A stretch of DNA of 64,000 nt from Octopus sinensis (taxonomy: Eukaryota). The translations under genes were made by a program, and so were the position numbers. The notes under the pieces are model-generated. The model ran no database searches. It worked only from the letters and a program-made list of their open reading frames with translations, and was not told the DNA's origin. Numbering within the stretch: the first letter of the stretch is position 1; every line of letters begins with the position of its first letter. Positions 53,500-64,000 of this stretch are shown here, piece after piece. The stretch is from NCBI RefSeq assembly GCF_006345805.1, contig NC_042998.1, positions 55,986,001 to 56,050,000 of the forward strand, read 5' to 3'.

Positions 53500-53910
53500 C
53501 CTTAGAGAACAAACAAAAATAACAAGGGTCTAGATTTGGACATTAGGGAGGGTAAGCGACACTTTTGATGCCTATGTCTGTCAAATACTCGGTTATCAGG
53601 ATGAAATTGTGGACTGGTGCAAGTGTTCTGTGTTTCTGCAATGATATATCTTCCTGAACTCCCTCAAAATCTCCACAAAGTATTCTTTGTTGACCATCTG
53701 ACCAGAGAAAACTCAGTGGAAGTAGAAGATGCCCTTGTCAATAAAGTGAATCTTCCTGAACTGCCAGGTAGTCTTGCTTTGCCTAGCTTCCTGTGCCAGT
53801 GGAGAACAAATTCCCAGCTCATAAGCTAATCCATTACCAGTCAGGAGCATTTCATAAGTTTCTGTAGTATTTTTATCCAATTTAACACAAGAAGTTAATT
53901 GCATAGTAAG
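53500..53910 (-). mobile_element. Internally deleted mariner remnant
   Basis: SCVKLDKNTTETYEMLL (ORF 53713..53904). Downstream, my translation reads GQMVNKEYFVEIL and a degenerate PP*CPNLDPC for PPYSPDLAPC. Confidence 0.7.
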
Positions 53911-54455
53911 CTTCCAAATTGTCTTCGTATCCCGACTGCACTATGCAAATGAGTCAGCTGTGACAAGCAGTTTTAGTTGGGTGTATTCAAAGTGCTTTTT
54001 ACAGCTGTCTCCTTCAATCTGGAGTAATAAAAGTTGATAAGTCAATTTGTTAGATATATAGTAATGCTATACTAAAATGACAATAATCTAAGACAGTGAT
54101 GACTGCCTTTCAAAAGAAATGTCTCAAAACATCTGAAATGCACTTCGTGAAAGTTTCATAAGGGGATAATTGTGAGTTGAGAGATGCTTAGAATACATCT
54201 AAACATCAAAAAGTTACACTTCATAGTTGAAATCCTATGATTTTTTTTTTGCATATTCTTTTTTATAGGCTTATTGATTATCTTAAATGGTATATCTACT
54301 ATTCTGTGTGATGTTTTGAAAGATTGTCTACTATTATGTATGATGGAATTCAAATTCAAAGTGTTGATATTTTTTTCCTTTTGGAATTAGGATTTCCAGA
54401 ACATAAGCTTGTGTTTTTAAATATTCCATTTACTGATGGCAATTTTCTTTTATAG

Positions 54456-54499
54456 GTCAACCTGGTCAGAAAGGAAACAAAGGAGATCAAGGAAATAGT
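54456..54499 (+). CDS. Collagen-like gene, micro-exon a (44 nt, phase 1 to 0): (G)[14 protein letters not shown]
   Basis: Pyrimidine tract + TAG acceptor, uninterrupted Gly-X-Y, GTATGT donor. Confidence 0.88.
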
Positions 54500-54518
54500 G
54501 TATGTTAAATTTATTCAT

Positions 54519-54565
<47 letters not shown>

Positions 54566-56671
54566 TGCATCTTTCAGTAAAATTTTATTTTACTACTTAC
54601 TTAAAGTTTCATGATAGTTGAGGGTGTTGACAATCCTGAGTAAATTAAGCCATACTGGAACTACTTTGAGCTGGTGTGTGCATTTACTTACATATTCCTT
54701 ACTAATCCAATCTATGTGAACATAGAAAATGAGCAGTACACTTTGTTGTTGATGGCAATAAAAATGAGGAGTAAAATGATCATGAAGAAATGAGTAACCA
54801 AATATTTCCAACACAGTTTTAAATATGGATGTCGTTTCAAAATCTCAGAAAATAATTTTCATTTGACAGTTAAGATGCTGAATTAAAATTGTTAATGATC
54901 ACACCAAAAAATGCCTCCAGAAAAGAAACAATTAAACTAATAAATTTACTACTGCAGCATGTGCTGGGAGAGCTCCCTGTGAATCATATTTTTTTATCAA
55001 TTCTATGACCCCCAAGTATACATTAATGACCTATTATCACTTCAAACAATGTTCAGTCATACATAAATAATACACCCTTCATTCTCTCTAAATTTCTGCA
55101 CTCAATTGTCATGCACATGCAACTTTAATCCATCCCTATGCCAAATCTCCCCGAACAGAGACCTCAAATTCTCTCTCTAGTGAGATTATATTAATTTCAT
55201 CTTTCAACAGCAGAAAGACACAACTATTACATATCAAAATATCACTATCCTACCCCTCTCCCTAAATATGAACCACATGCACTAGAACCATCAGTCATGG
55301 CAAATACTAGACTTCACAAAGACTAGTCTTTTTTAGGGCCTGAAAGTCCTCCAACCCTCAACAACAACTAATCTTCCATAAAATGCACATCTGAAACAGT
55401 CCTGCTGTTACACATAAAGAGATCCTAGACTGCATTCTACAAATTGATTAACATGAAGTCACCAACATGCTCCAACCTCTAGGCCACGGATGTGCAAACT
55501 TTTCTCTCTACCTTTTTCTTGCTGCTATGACAACTGTTGTGAAGGCACATGGCTCAGTGGTTCAAGCGTCAAGCTTACGATCGTGAGGTTGTGAATACAA
55601 ATCTCAGACAGGGCTGCATGTTGTGTTCTTGAGCAAGACACTTTACTTCACATTGCTCCAATTCACTCAGTTGTAGAAATGAGTTGCGACATCACAAGTG
55701 CCAGGCTGTATTTGCCTTTCCTTTGGATAACATTGGTGGCATGGAGAGGGGAGGCCAGTATGCATGGGCAACTGCTAGTCTTCCATAAACAAACTTGCCC
55801 AGATTTGTGCCTGGGAGGGTAAATTTCTAGGTGCAGTCCCATGGTCAGTCACGACCAAAGAGAGTCTCAGCATGACAACTGTTCTTCAGAGTTGAATAGA
55901 CTCATGACACCCCATTTAGACACTGATGATGCATTCATTTCACTTCACTTATATTGTGTCTACTCAGACCCCACACTCATCATTGTGCTCAATTCTTCCT
56001 TCTTACAACTTTGTCCCTTTTATAATTTATTTCTTGTTCTTGCTACTATTAAAGAAGAGCATTAGCTTTAACACTCCTACCAGTCTCAGAGAGCCTGCAA
56101 AGGCTATAAATACAGTTGTTTTCCTTCAGACCAAACCAATAAAAACAATATATCTTCCTTCATTCTTTGTTTTTTTAAAAACCTTTTTGGAGATAATAGT
56201 GTCATTGTTTCAAGTCACAACTAGCATGTCATCACCAATTTGTCATGACTATTTTTAGTAATGGAAGACAGTTACCTGTACAAATAAGATAATTTTGAAA
56301 TTAAATGACTTCACTAATGCCATTAATCTTGACGAAAATTTGTAACTACATGTTTATGATTTAGAATTTTTGTGATCTACTCTCTCAAGATACAAGATCC
56401 TGTAAATTTATATCAAATCATAAACTATTTGATGAGGAAAATTTTAAATGTTAAAAAGGAATGGGGGAGATAAGAAATTACTATAAAATAAAATAACATA
56501 TTTATGTTGAGTTTTGATTTCTCAAATAAAGCAATTATTGTTGAGGCTAATTAGTAATTAATAAAGAATTAGAATAACAAAAGTGTTTCTATTATGTACT
56601 GTTAAATATGCCTTTTATTTTTAGAAATACCCAAAACCTATTTACAAAATCTTTTTAAATTGTATTTGCAG

Positions 56672-56707
56672 GGTGACAAGGGTGATCAAGGAAGCAGTGG
56701 TTTTCCG
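56672..56707 (+). CDS. Collagen-like gene, micro-exon b (36 nt): [12 protein letters not shown]
   Basis: TTTGCAG acceptor, four Gly-X-Y triplets, GTATTT donor, phase 0-0. Confidence 0.9.
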
Positions 56708-58409
56708 GTATTTCATATTCCTTGTTACTTTAAAGTGGATTTTCTTCTAACTTCGATGCTTGCTTTAGCTTACATCAGCCACTTACTGTGTATTTAGTAA
56801 TTTAACTTATATTTTTTAATGTAACTTTTTTTTTTTCATATATATGTTTAGTCAATGTATTTCATTTACCTGTTTTAGAATTTTTGACAACAAATGATTA
56901 CTATGGAATAAATTTAGGATATTTCAGTAGTTTGAAACTTCTAAAAAATGACATGAGTAACGATATTAAAGCTATTAGCAAAACTTAGTGTTCGTCATTC
57001 AGATCAATAGCATCAGTATTTAGAGAATTTATGTAGTGTAGCTAAAATAAGTTAATAAACTTCTCAACTCAGTAGCCATAAGAAGAGTTCAGATTTTGTC
57101 TTCAGAATAGTGACGTCATCAGTTTTCTTCTACTTTTATTACCTTTTTGCGACTAATGTTTTCTTATCCTTTATACTGAAACAATCTAGAAGGTTGTATG
57201 ATACACATAGTGTGTGGTAAAAGCAACATAGGCTTTCGCAGGGAATGGATCAAAGGGAGATGACTAAGTTTCTCTCAACAAGAGAATAATAGATAATGTA
57301 TGTTTACGAAGAGTATTTAAAAGTTACTTGGGTAAGATAAGGCACAAGAAATACTGTATTTTAAAGTGTATAAAGAACCCTTTTTTTTTTGTTAAAAACT
57401 AGGTTAAAAAATATGGGAGTTTCTTATATATGGATAGTATTATAATCCCTTAAAAAACCTTTTTACCAAATTTTAAACCCCCAAAATTAGAGGGTTTCTT
57501 ATGCATGAATGTTCTCTATAAACGCTAAAATACGGTACGTATATAAAATGGGACATCAAAAGTTTTCGGCTCTCAAAGAAGTACGATTCATATTTAGTAT
57601 AGAAAACTGATGTTTGAGGCAAGGGAAATAACTCACTTATTCCAGAATGGTATTTCTTTCCAATATGATCCTCTTATTAATCTATCTTTTTAAATCATTT
57701 CTAAATGAATTAATTTTCAAAATCATATTATCATTATAGATTTTTATATCAGTATTTGATACATTTGCTAATCACTTCAAAAGTTTGTCAAAAAGGCTGA
57801 AACAATTATTGTTGAAGTTCATATGTTATTTTATTTTTTAAATTTGTTTTTATACTGCTTTAAAACCATATATTTCAAAATTTCTCCTATGTTCAAATTA
57901 CTATATTAATACCCACCCACTGTTCATTCTCAATATATATTTTTAAGGCAAAAAGATTATTATACCTTTTATGCATTTTTAATTTAAAACATGCTTACAT
58001 ACTTTTAAAATAATGTTTTATTTATGAATTTTGCAAATATTTTCTAACAATATTATAAATATTTGTTTTCATTAGTTAAAAAAAATTGTTTAAAACAATT
58101 CATCAGAATTTTCATAGGCAGTATAAAGTAAATTTATAAATTAAAATTTCAAATCTAAGGAAACTTGGTGGTGGTCATAGTTATATAATTTGTTTTATAT
58201 TTCTTGCTTCAAATGTAGAAAAGTGCTTTCCAAGATTTTTTTCCTTTAATTGAAAACAAAGTATATATTTTCAAATTTTTCATTAGTGAGTGTCGTTAAA
58301 GTGCTTCCATTTTTCTTGAAACTTCTTTTGGAGTAAATATTTATCTTAAATGCAGATTTTATGCCATATTTTCTTCTTTTATTTTTTTGTATAAACCTAA
58401 AACATTTAG

Positions 58410-58445
58410 GGACCAACAGGCCCACCTGGAATTCCTGGCCTTAAA
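58410..58445 (+). CDS. Collagen-like gene, micro-exon c (36 nt): [12 protein letters not shown]
   Basis: TTTAG acceptor, four Gly-X-Y triplets, GTGAGT donor, phase 0-0. Confidence 0.92.
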
Positions 58446-60401
58446 GTGAGTATCCACCACATATCTAGTTTTATATTCATTTTTTAAAATCTCTCTCATA
58501 TAGAGAAATAGGTCTGAAAATGAAAAATTGTCTTAAATGTGTTATATTTAGACAACAGTTATATATTTAATTATATACTATTTAATAATAATTTAAAATA
58601 ATCTTGGTCATAGTGAATTTAGGAGAACTGATAATATTTTATTATATTCTAGTTTGTTATCCCTCAAAGGAGATATGAAAAAGGAGAATATAGTAAAAAG
58701 TTTTATAAATTGATTGATGCAACACATTAACACAAAAAAGTAAATACATGTAAAATTTAAAAATTTCAACTCACAACATCTTTAACATTAGCAAAACTAT
58801 ATCCAAAAGTGTAGATTTATTCTTCAAGGTTTAAAAAATATCAAATCCTTGATCAGGTGCATTTCATGTTGGTATGTAACTTATATATCTGGAACAAAGG
58901 AACATCCTTGACTACATCTACAAGGAAAGGCCATCAGGGCCACTGCCAGACACATTCTACAACCACTGACCTTCAGATATGCTGTTTTCTCTCTCTGTCT
59001 CCTTTAACTGTTATGATGGTATCTGTTCCTCTAAATAGCAAGCTGTGTTTCGCCTTTACCCAGGTTAACTGAAGCATTCGTCTCTCGTCTACATACATAC
59101 TGTGTTTCAACCTCAACTTTGCACTAAATATTTTGCTGAATCTTTATATAACCTCTAGAACAGACTTACTGTCCACATTTTCTCACCTTGTAGAAGCTCA
59201 AGGTGGGCTTTATGATTCATGTCACAAGTCCTCTTCTGGCACAATAATAAAAAACTTGGCTCAAGTCCCAGCAGTTTAAAAAAGTGATTCATGATAATAT
59301 ACAAAACAAAACCTGTTGTATATCTTATACAGGGCAAGACAGTCTCCAAGTGATACTCTAATGATCCTCCTGTGTCACAATTGTTTACAAATTCTGTTTT
59401 AAAAAGTATTAATAAAAGAATATACCAGAGGAATACTGGCAGGCAACTAGTTATAGGAGTGCACATAAAAGCTAACTGTTTATGGTCTTATAACAATATT
59501 TTGATGCATTTCAAAATATGTTCCATTCATCATCACTATACATTAAATTAGTGAGGTTTAGTGTTTTGGCATAGGAAGCAGGACAGTGTTTCTAAATATA
59601 AAGCATATATGAAAATCCTGCCACTCACACCTGATGCAAAGGGCTCTTATGAATTCATGCTGCATTTGTTTTGAGAGTTCACTGGATAGTCATAAGCCTC
59701 AATTTTTAAATTAGACTTAATGACATTTTGCAATAGCTTTACTGTTAATAGGACTCCAGTGAGGTGGAGAATTTGAACTCAGAATGCAAAAAGCAAAAAA
59801 AAAAAAATAGATACTGCAATTCTACCCTAGACTGGTACTTTATTTATCAGCCCAGAAGGATGAAAGGTAAAGTTAACCTAGGCAGGACTTTAACTCAGAA
59901 GCATATAAAGTTAGAGTAAACACTGCAAAGCATTCATTTTTAAAAAATAATTTATATCATTATATCTTTTGAGCAAGCCATTTTTTGTAGATGAGGGTTA
60001 TAAATCATTTGGGTTAAACCCTGCTATTTCAATAGTAAAATTTTATCAAAGTTATTGCATTGAAATGCAAATTTAACCCTCACAGTATATGAAACTAAGT
60101 ATTGGAAACATTTAATCTGGTACATTAACATTTGTACTTCATGCAACTATCAAATATCTTTTATTTGATAATTTAAATGTTCTGACATCATTTAACTTAA
60201 AGGGATTATCAAAATTGTGACTTTGTTCAAGTTATACTATTCCATTTCCACAGTAAGGATCCCTTCTCAACCTTATATCTCCTGTACCAGCGTGCCTGTT
60301 ACCTTTTCCAGAGATGATCAGATTGTTTAGTGTTGTATCTTAGCACAATGTACATTTGAAATTATGTAAGGATAGTTGTTGCTTGTTGACGATGTTTCGA
60401 G

Positions 60402-60437
<36 letters not shown>

Positions 60438-60757
60438 CATGTGTGTAGTAGACTCGGATGCTTTCCTGAATTTGCTCACATGTAGAGTGTTAACCCAACT
60501 TTAAATATCACTAAGTATTGTAGTTCATTTTAAAAAATTGCAATAGCTCTGAGTGAGAAGAGTTTTAATAGTTCAAACAAGTTTCAGTGGGTGTCAAAAA
60601 GACCCACTTTTAAAAAAATATTTTTGGAAAACCTGTCGTTATTGGGGCCTCTTAATCTATATGAAACTTATCATCACTGCCTTTAGTTAATATATATCTA
60701 CAAAAGCTTAATTATATACAAATATTTAATCATTGTCTCTGTTTATCTTGCGTTTAG

Positions 60758-60784
60758 GGTTCAAATGGTGCAACTGGCATTCAG
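60758..60784 (+). CDS. Collagen-like gene, micro-exon d (27 nt): GSNGATGIQ
   Basis: Pyrimidine tract + TTTAG acceptor, three Gly-X-Y triplets, CAG|GTATGG donor, phase 0-0. Confidence 0.85.
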
Positions 60785-61048
60785 GTATGGCACTTTCCTG
60801 CTATCTGGAGACAAGCATGACCATAATTATTAAATTATGTATACTATATATTTCTAAAAGCAATGTACTTCACCACCTCTGTATACCCTCAACTTTGCCT
60901 GTCTAGCCCTTTCTGTTGAGAAAAATATATTGACAGATGGTAAAGAAAGTAATACATATATTTTATATACATCATCCTCATTTAATGTCCTTTTTCCCAT
61001 ACTGACATGAGTTGGACTATGTGTATGTGTGTGTGTATTATATATATT

Positions 61049-61118
<70 letters not shown>

Positions 61119-61202
61119 ATATGTATGTATGTATATATGTATGTATGTTATATATATGTATGTATATGTATGTATGTATGTATGTATGTATATATATGTA
61201 TG

Positions 61203-61234
<32 letters not shown>

Positions 61235-61260
61235 TATGTATGTATGTATATATGTATATG

Positions 61261-61292
<32 letters not shown>

Positions 61293-61434
61293 TATATATG
61301 TATGTATGTATATATATATATATGTATATATATATGTATGTATGTATATATATATATATGTATATATATATGTATGTATATAGATATATATATAGATATA
61401 TATATATGTATGTATATAGATATATATATATATG

Positions 61435-61475
<41 letters not shown>

Positions 61476-61479
<4 letters not shown>

Positions 61480-61620
61480 ATGGAAATGGCAAGACAACAA
61501 AAGAATGAAAGAGACCTTGATATTATGTAAATAGAGGAATTTATCTGTAAATATATGTGACAATTATTCAATAGCCATGATAAACCTCGGAGTTTTATCA
61601 TGGCTACTGAATAATTGTCA
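61476..61620. repeat. Family B pLTR fragment ending in a 27-bp-arm hairpin
   Basis: Homologous to 9506-9625. TGACAATTATTCAATAGCCATGATAAA (61558-61584) pairs with TTTATCATGGCTACTGAATAATTGTCA (61594-61620) with one mismatch. Confidence 0.88.
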
Positions 61621-62069
61621 TATATATATATATATATATATATGTTTGTTCTTTTTCGGGCCATGCCTAGCTCATAAGGGCTGGTTTCCTTGATGTATAG
61701 GTTCCCCACTTGGACGGGATGCAGGAGGAAGGAGTGAGAGAAAGTTGTGGCAAAAGTGTCAGTAGAAGTTCACCATTACCTTCTGTCGGAGCTACAAGGA
61801 GCTTAGGTGTTTTGCTCATAAACACACATATCGCCTGGTCTGAGATTCGAACCCAAATTCCCTCGACCGCAAGTCAACTGCTCTGACCACTACGCCATGT
61901 GCCTCCACACACACACATATATATATATGTATATATATAATATCTATATATATATGTATATATATATAATATATATACGTGTATATATGATATTTATATA
62001 TATGTATATATATAATATTTATATATATGTATATATATATAATATTTATATATATGTATATATATATAT

Positions 62070-62101
<32 letters not shown>

Positions 62102-62623
62102 ATATATATGTATATATATATAATATTTATATATATATATATTATATATATATATATCATGTATATATATATATATATATATATATACAGGCTCAGGGGT
62201 GGCTGCATGGTAGCTTGCTTACCAACCACATGGTTCCAGGTTCAGTCCCACTGTGTGGCACCTTGGTCAAGTGTCTTCTACTATAGCCTTGGGCCGGCCA
62301 AAGCCTTGTGAGTGGATTTGGTAGACAGAAACTGAAAGAAGCCTGTCATATATATATATGTGTGTGTCTGTTTGTTCCCCCTCCCCCCAACATCGGTTGA
62401 CATGCAATGCTGGTGTGCTTATGTCCCTGTAACTTAGCGGTTTGGCAACAAGGGACTGATGGAATAAATACTAGGCTTACAAAGAATAAGTCCTGATTTG
62501 TTCGACTAAAAGGTGGTGCTCGAGCATGGACGCAGTCAATAAAAGAATATTGTATATATATTATATATATATATAGCATATATATATATATCATGTATAT
62601 ATATAATATATATTATAAATATA

Positions 62624-63207
62624 GGATCTTTTCCTTTTGAACGGCAGTTTGTAACATAATTTCTAGGTTACTAAAAAGTTTTAAACTTCGTATACTGGTA
62701 GAATGTGTTTATAAATGTTTATAAAACATCATTTTCTCTTGGTTTTATTGAGAAAATTCTATAGTTTGTAAGATATTTCATCTGAAAATCCGAGCATTTC
62801 GGCAATTTTAACCAATTGATTACCTCCATTGAACTAAAATCATTTGCTGTGTCTAAAACTGAGACAACATCCTGTCACTAACCCTCAACCTAACCCTAAC
62901 CCTAATTTTTTTTTTTATTGTTAAATGAATTTAACAATTAAGAAAAAAAATTTAGGGTTAAGGTTAGGTTGAGGGTTAGTGACAGGATGTTGTCTCAGTT
63001 TTAGACACAGCAAATGATTTTAGCTCAAAAGAGAGCATAGGATTGGTTAAAATTTGAAAAATTAAACTATGTTAAACAAACAGATTAAAATTTTCTCAAG
63101 AAAGCCAAGAGAAAAAAATGTTTTATTTTGACAAATTCTACCAGTATACGAAGTTTTAAAGTGTTTAGTTAACTAGAAATTGTCTGCCGTTCAAAAGGAA
63201 AAGATCT
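62624..63207. mobile_element. Fold-back MITE with 23-bp perfect TIRs, probable TA target duplication and internal telomere-like repeats
   Basis: GATCTTTTCCTTTTGAACGGCAG (62625-62647) / CTGCCGTTCAAAAGGAAAAGATC (63184-63206). TA at 62622-62623 and 63208-63209. Inner arms 62834-62905 / 62952-63023. Confidence 0.85.
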
Positions 63208-63369
63208 TAATATATATTATATGTATATATATATATTATATAAATATATATATATATGTATACATATATATTTATATATGTATATATATATATGTATATA
63301 TATGTATATATATTTATATATGTATATATATATATATATATGTATATATATTTATATATATATATATTG

Positions 63370-63402
<33 letters not shown>

Positions 63403-63413
63403 ATATATGTATA

Positions 63414-63458
<45 letters not shown>

Positions 63459-63740
63459 ATATGTATATATATAGGTATATATATACATATGTATGTGTAT
63501 GTATGTATATATTTGTGTGTGTCTATGTGGGCACACACACACATATATATATATATTATATAATTATTCTCAGATTCATTTGTGTTCTGTTTTTGAAACA
63601 GGCAGCATTGCTTAAAAAGATGTCATTGGTATTACGTCTATAAGTCAATATTTAGCTTCTATAATTCTTTGTTTAATATTAGTTCCTTATCTAGTTGATA
63701 TTATTTAAATGTAATAATTCAATTATTTATTTTTTCAAAG

Positions 63741-63776
63741 GGGCCTAAGGGTCGAAGTGGTTATCCTGGCTATCCG
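63741..63776 (+). CDS. Collagen-like gene, micro-exon e (36 nt): [12 protein letters not shown]
   Basis: TTTTTTCAAAG acceptor, four Gly-X-Y triplets, GTTTGT donor, phase 0-0. The gene probably continues beyond the window. Confidence 0.9.
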
Positions 63777-64000
63777 GTTTGTACTATTTTAAGACATGTT
63801 TGTTTTCTGGGTTTTTGTTTTTGCCCCTTCACTTTATATGCATTGTGTAAAAAGAAATATGATATGTTATTACTAAATTTCACTTGATAATATGAGTAGG
63901 TTACTGTCATCATCATCATCATCATCATCATAATCAACATCATCTTATAACTGTTTTTTCATTATTGGCATGTTTTGGATGGATTGTTTTTTAACATTGA

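Noticed and set aside
62878-62980. Interstitial telomere or fusion site
   Set aside because: Only about four degenerate units per side, symmetric inside a TIR-bounded element.
2129-63643. Dozens of Y/I/M/C/V-rich ORFs in the supplied track
   Set aside because: They are translations of (TA)n, (TG)n and (TATG)n microsatellites, not genes.

Overview
AT-rich, repeat-saturated animal genomic DNA. The repeat families (RTE LINEs with (GAT)n tails, tRNA-headed SINEs, long (TA)n tracts) look like an octopod cephalopod; this is an inference, not checked by search. Most of the window is transposon debris: RTE-clade and CR1-like LINEs, Penelope-like (PLE) fragments, four mariner remnants, several Helitrons and MITE-like palindromes. 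The only host gene I can support is a + strand collagen-like gene seen as five GT-AG micro-exons (44, 36, 36, 27 and 36 nt) between 54.4 and 63.8 kb. The most striking unannotated signal is a set of type I hammerhead ribozyme motifs: six motifs from four unrelated sequence families, each with a self-complementary stem III. Two families sit as outward-facing pairs inside 400-600 bp fold-back palindromes, and a further copy folds back exactly on its stem III palindrome. All alignments, folds and identities were done by eye; element boundaries marked approximate may be off by tens of bases.
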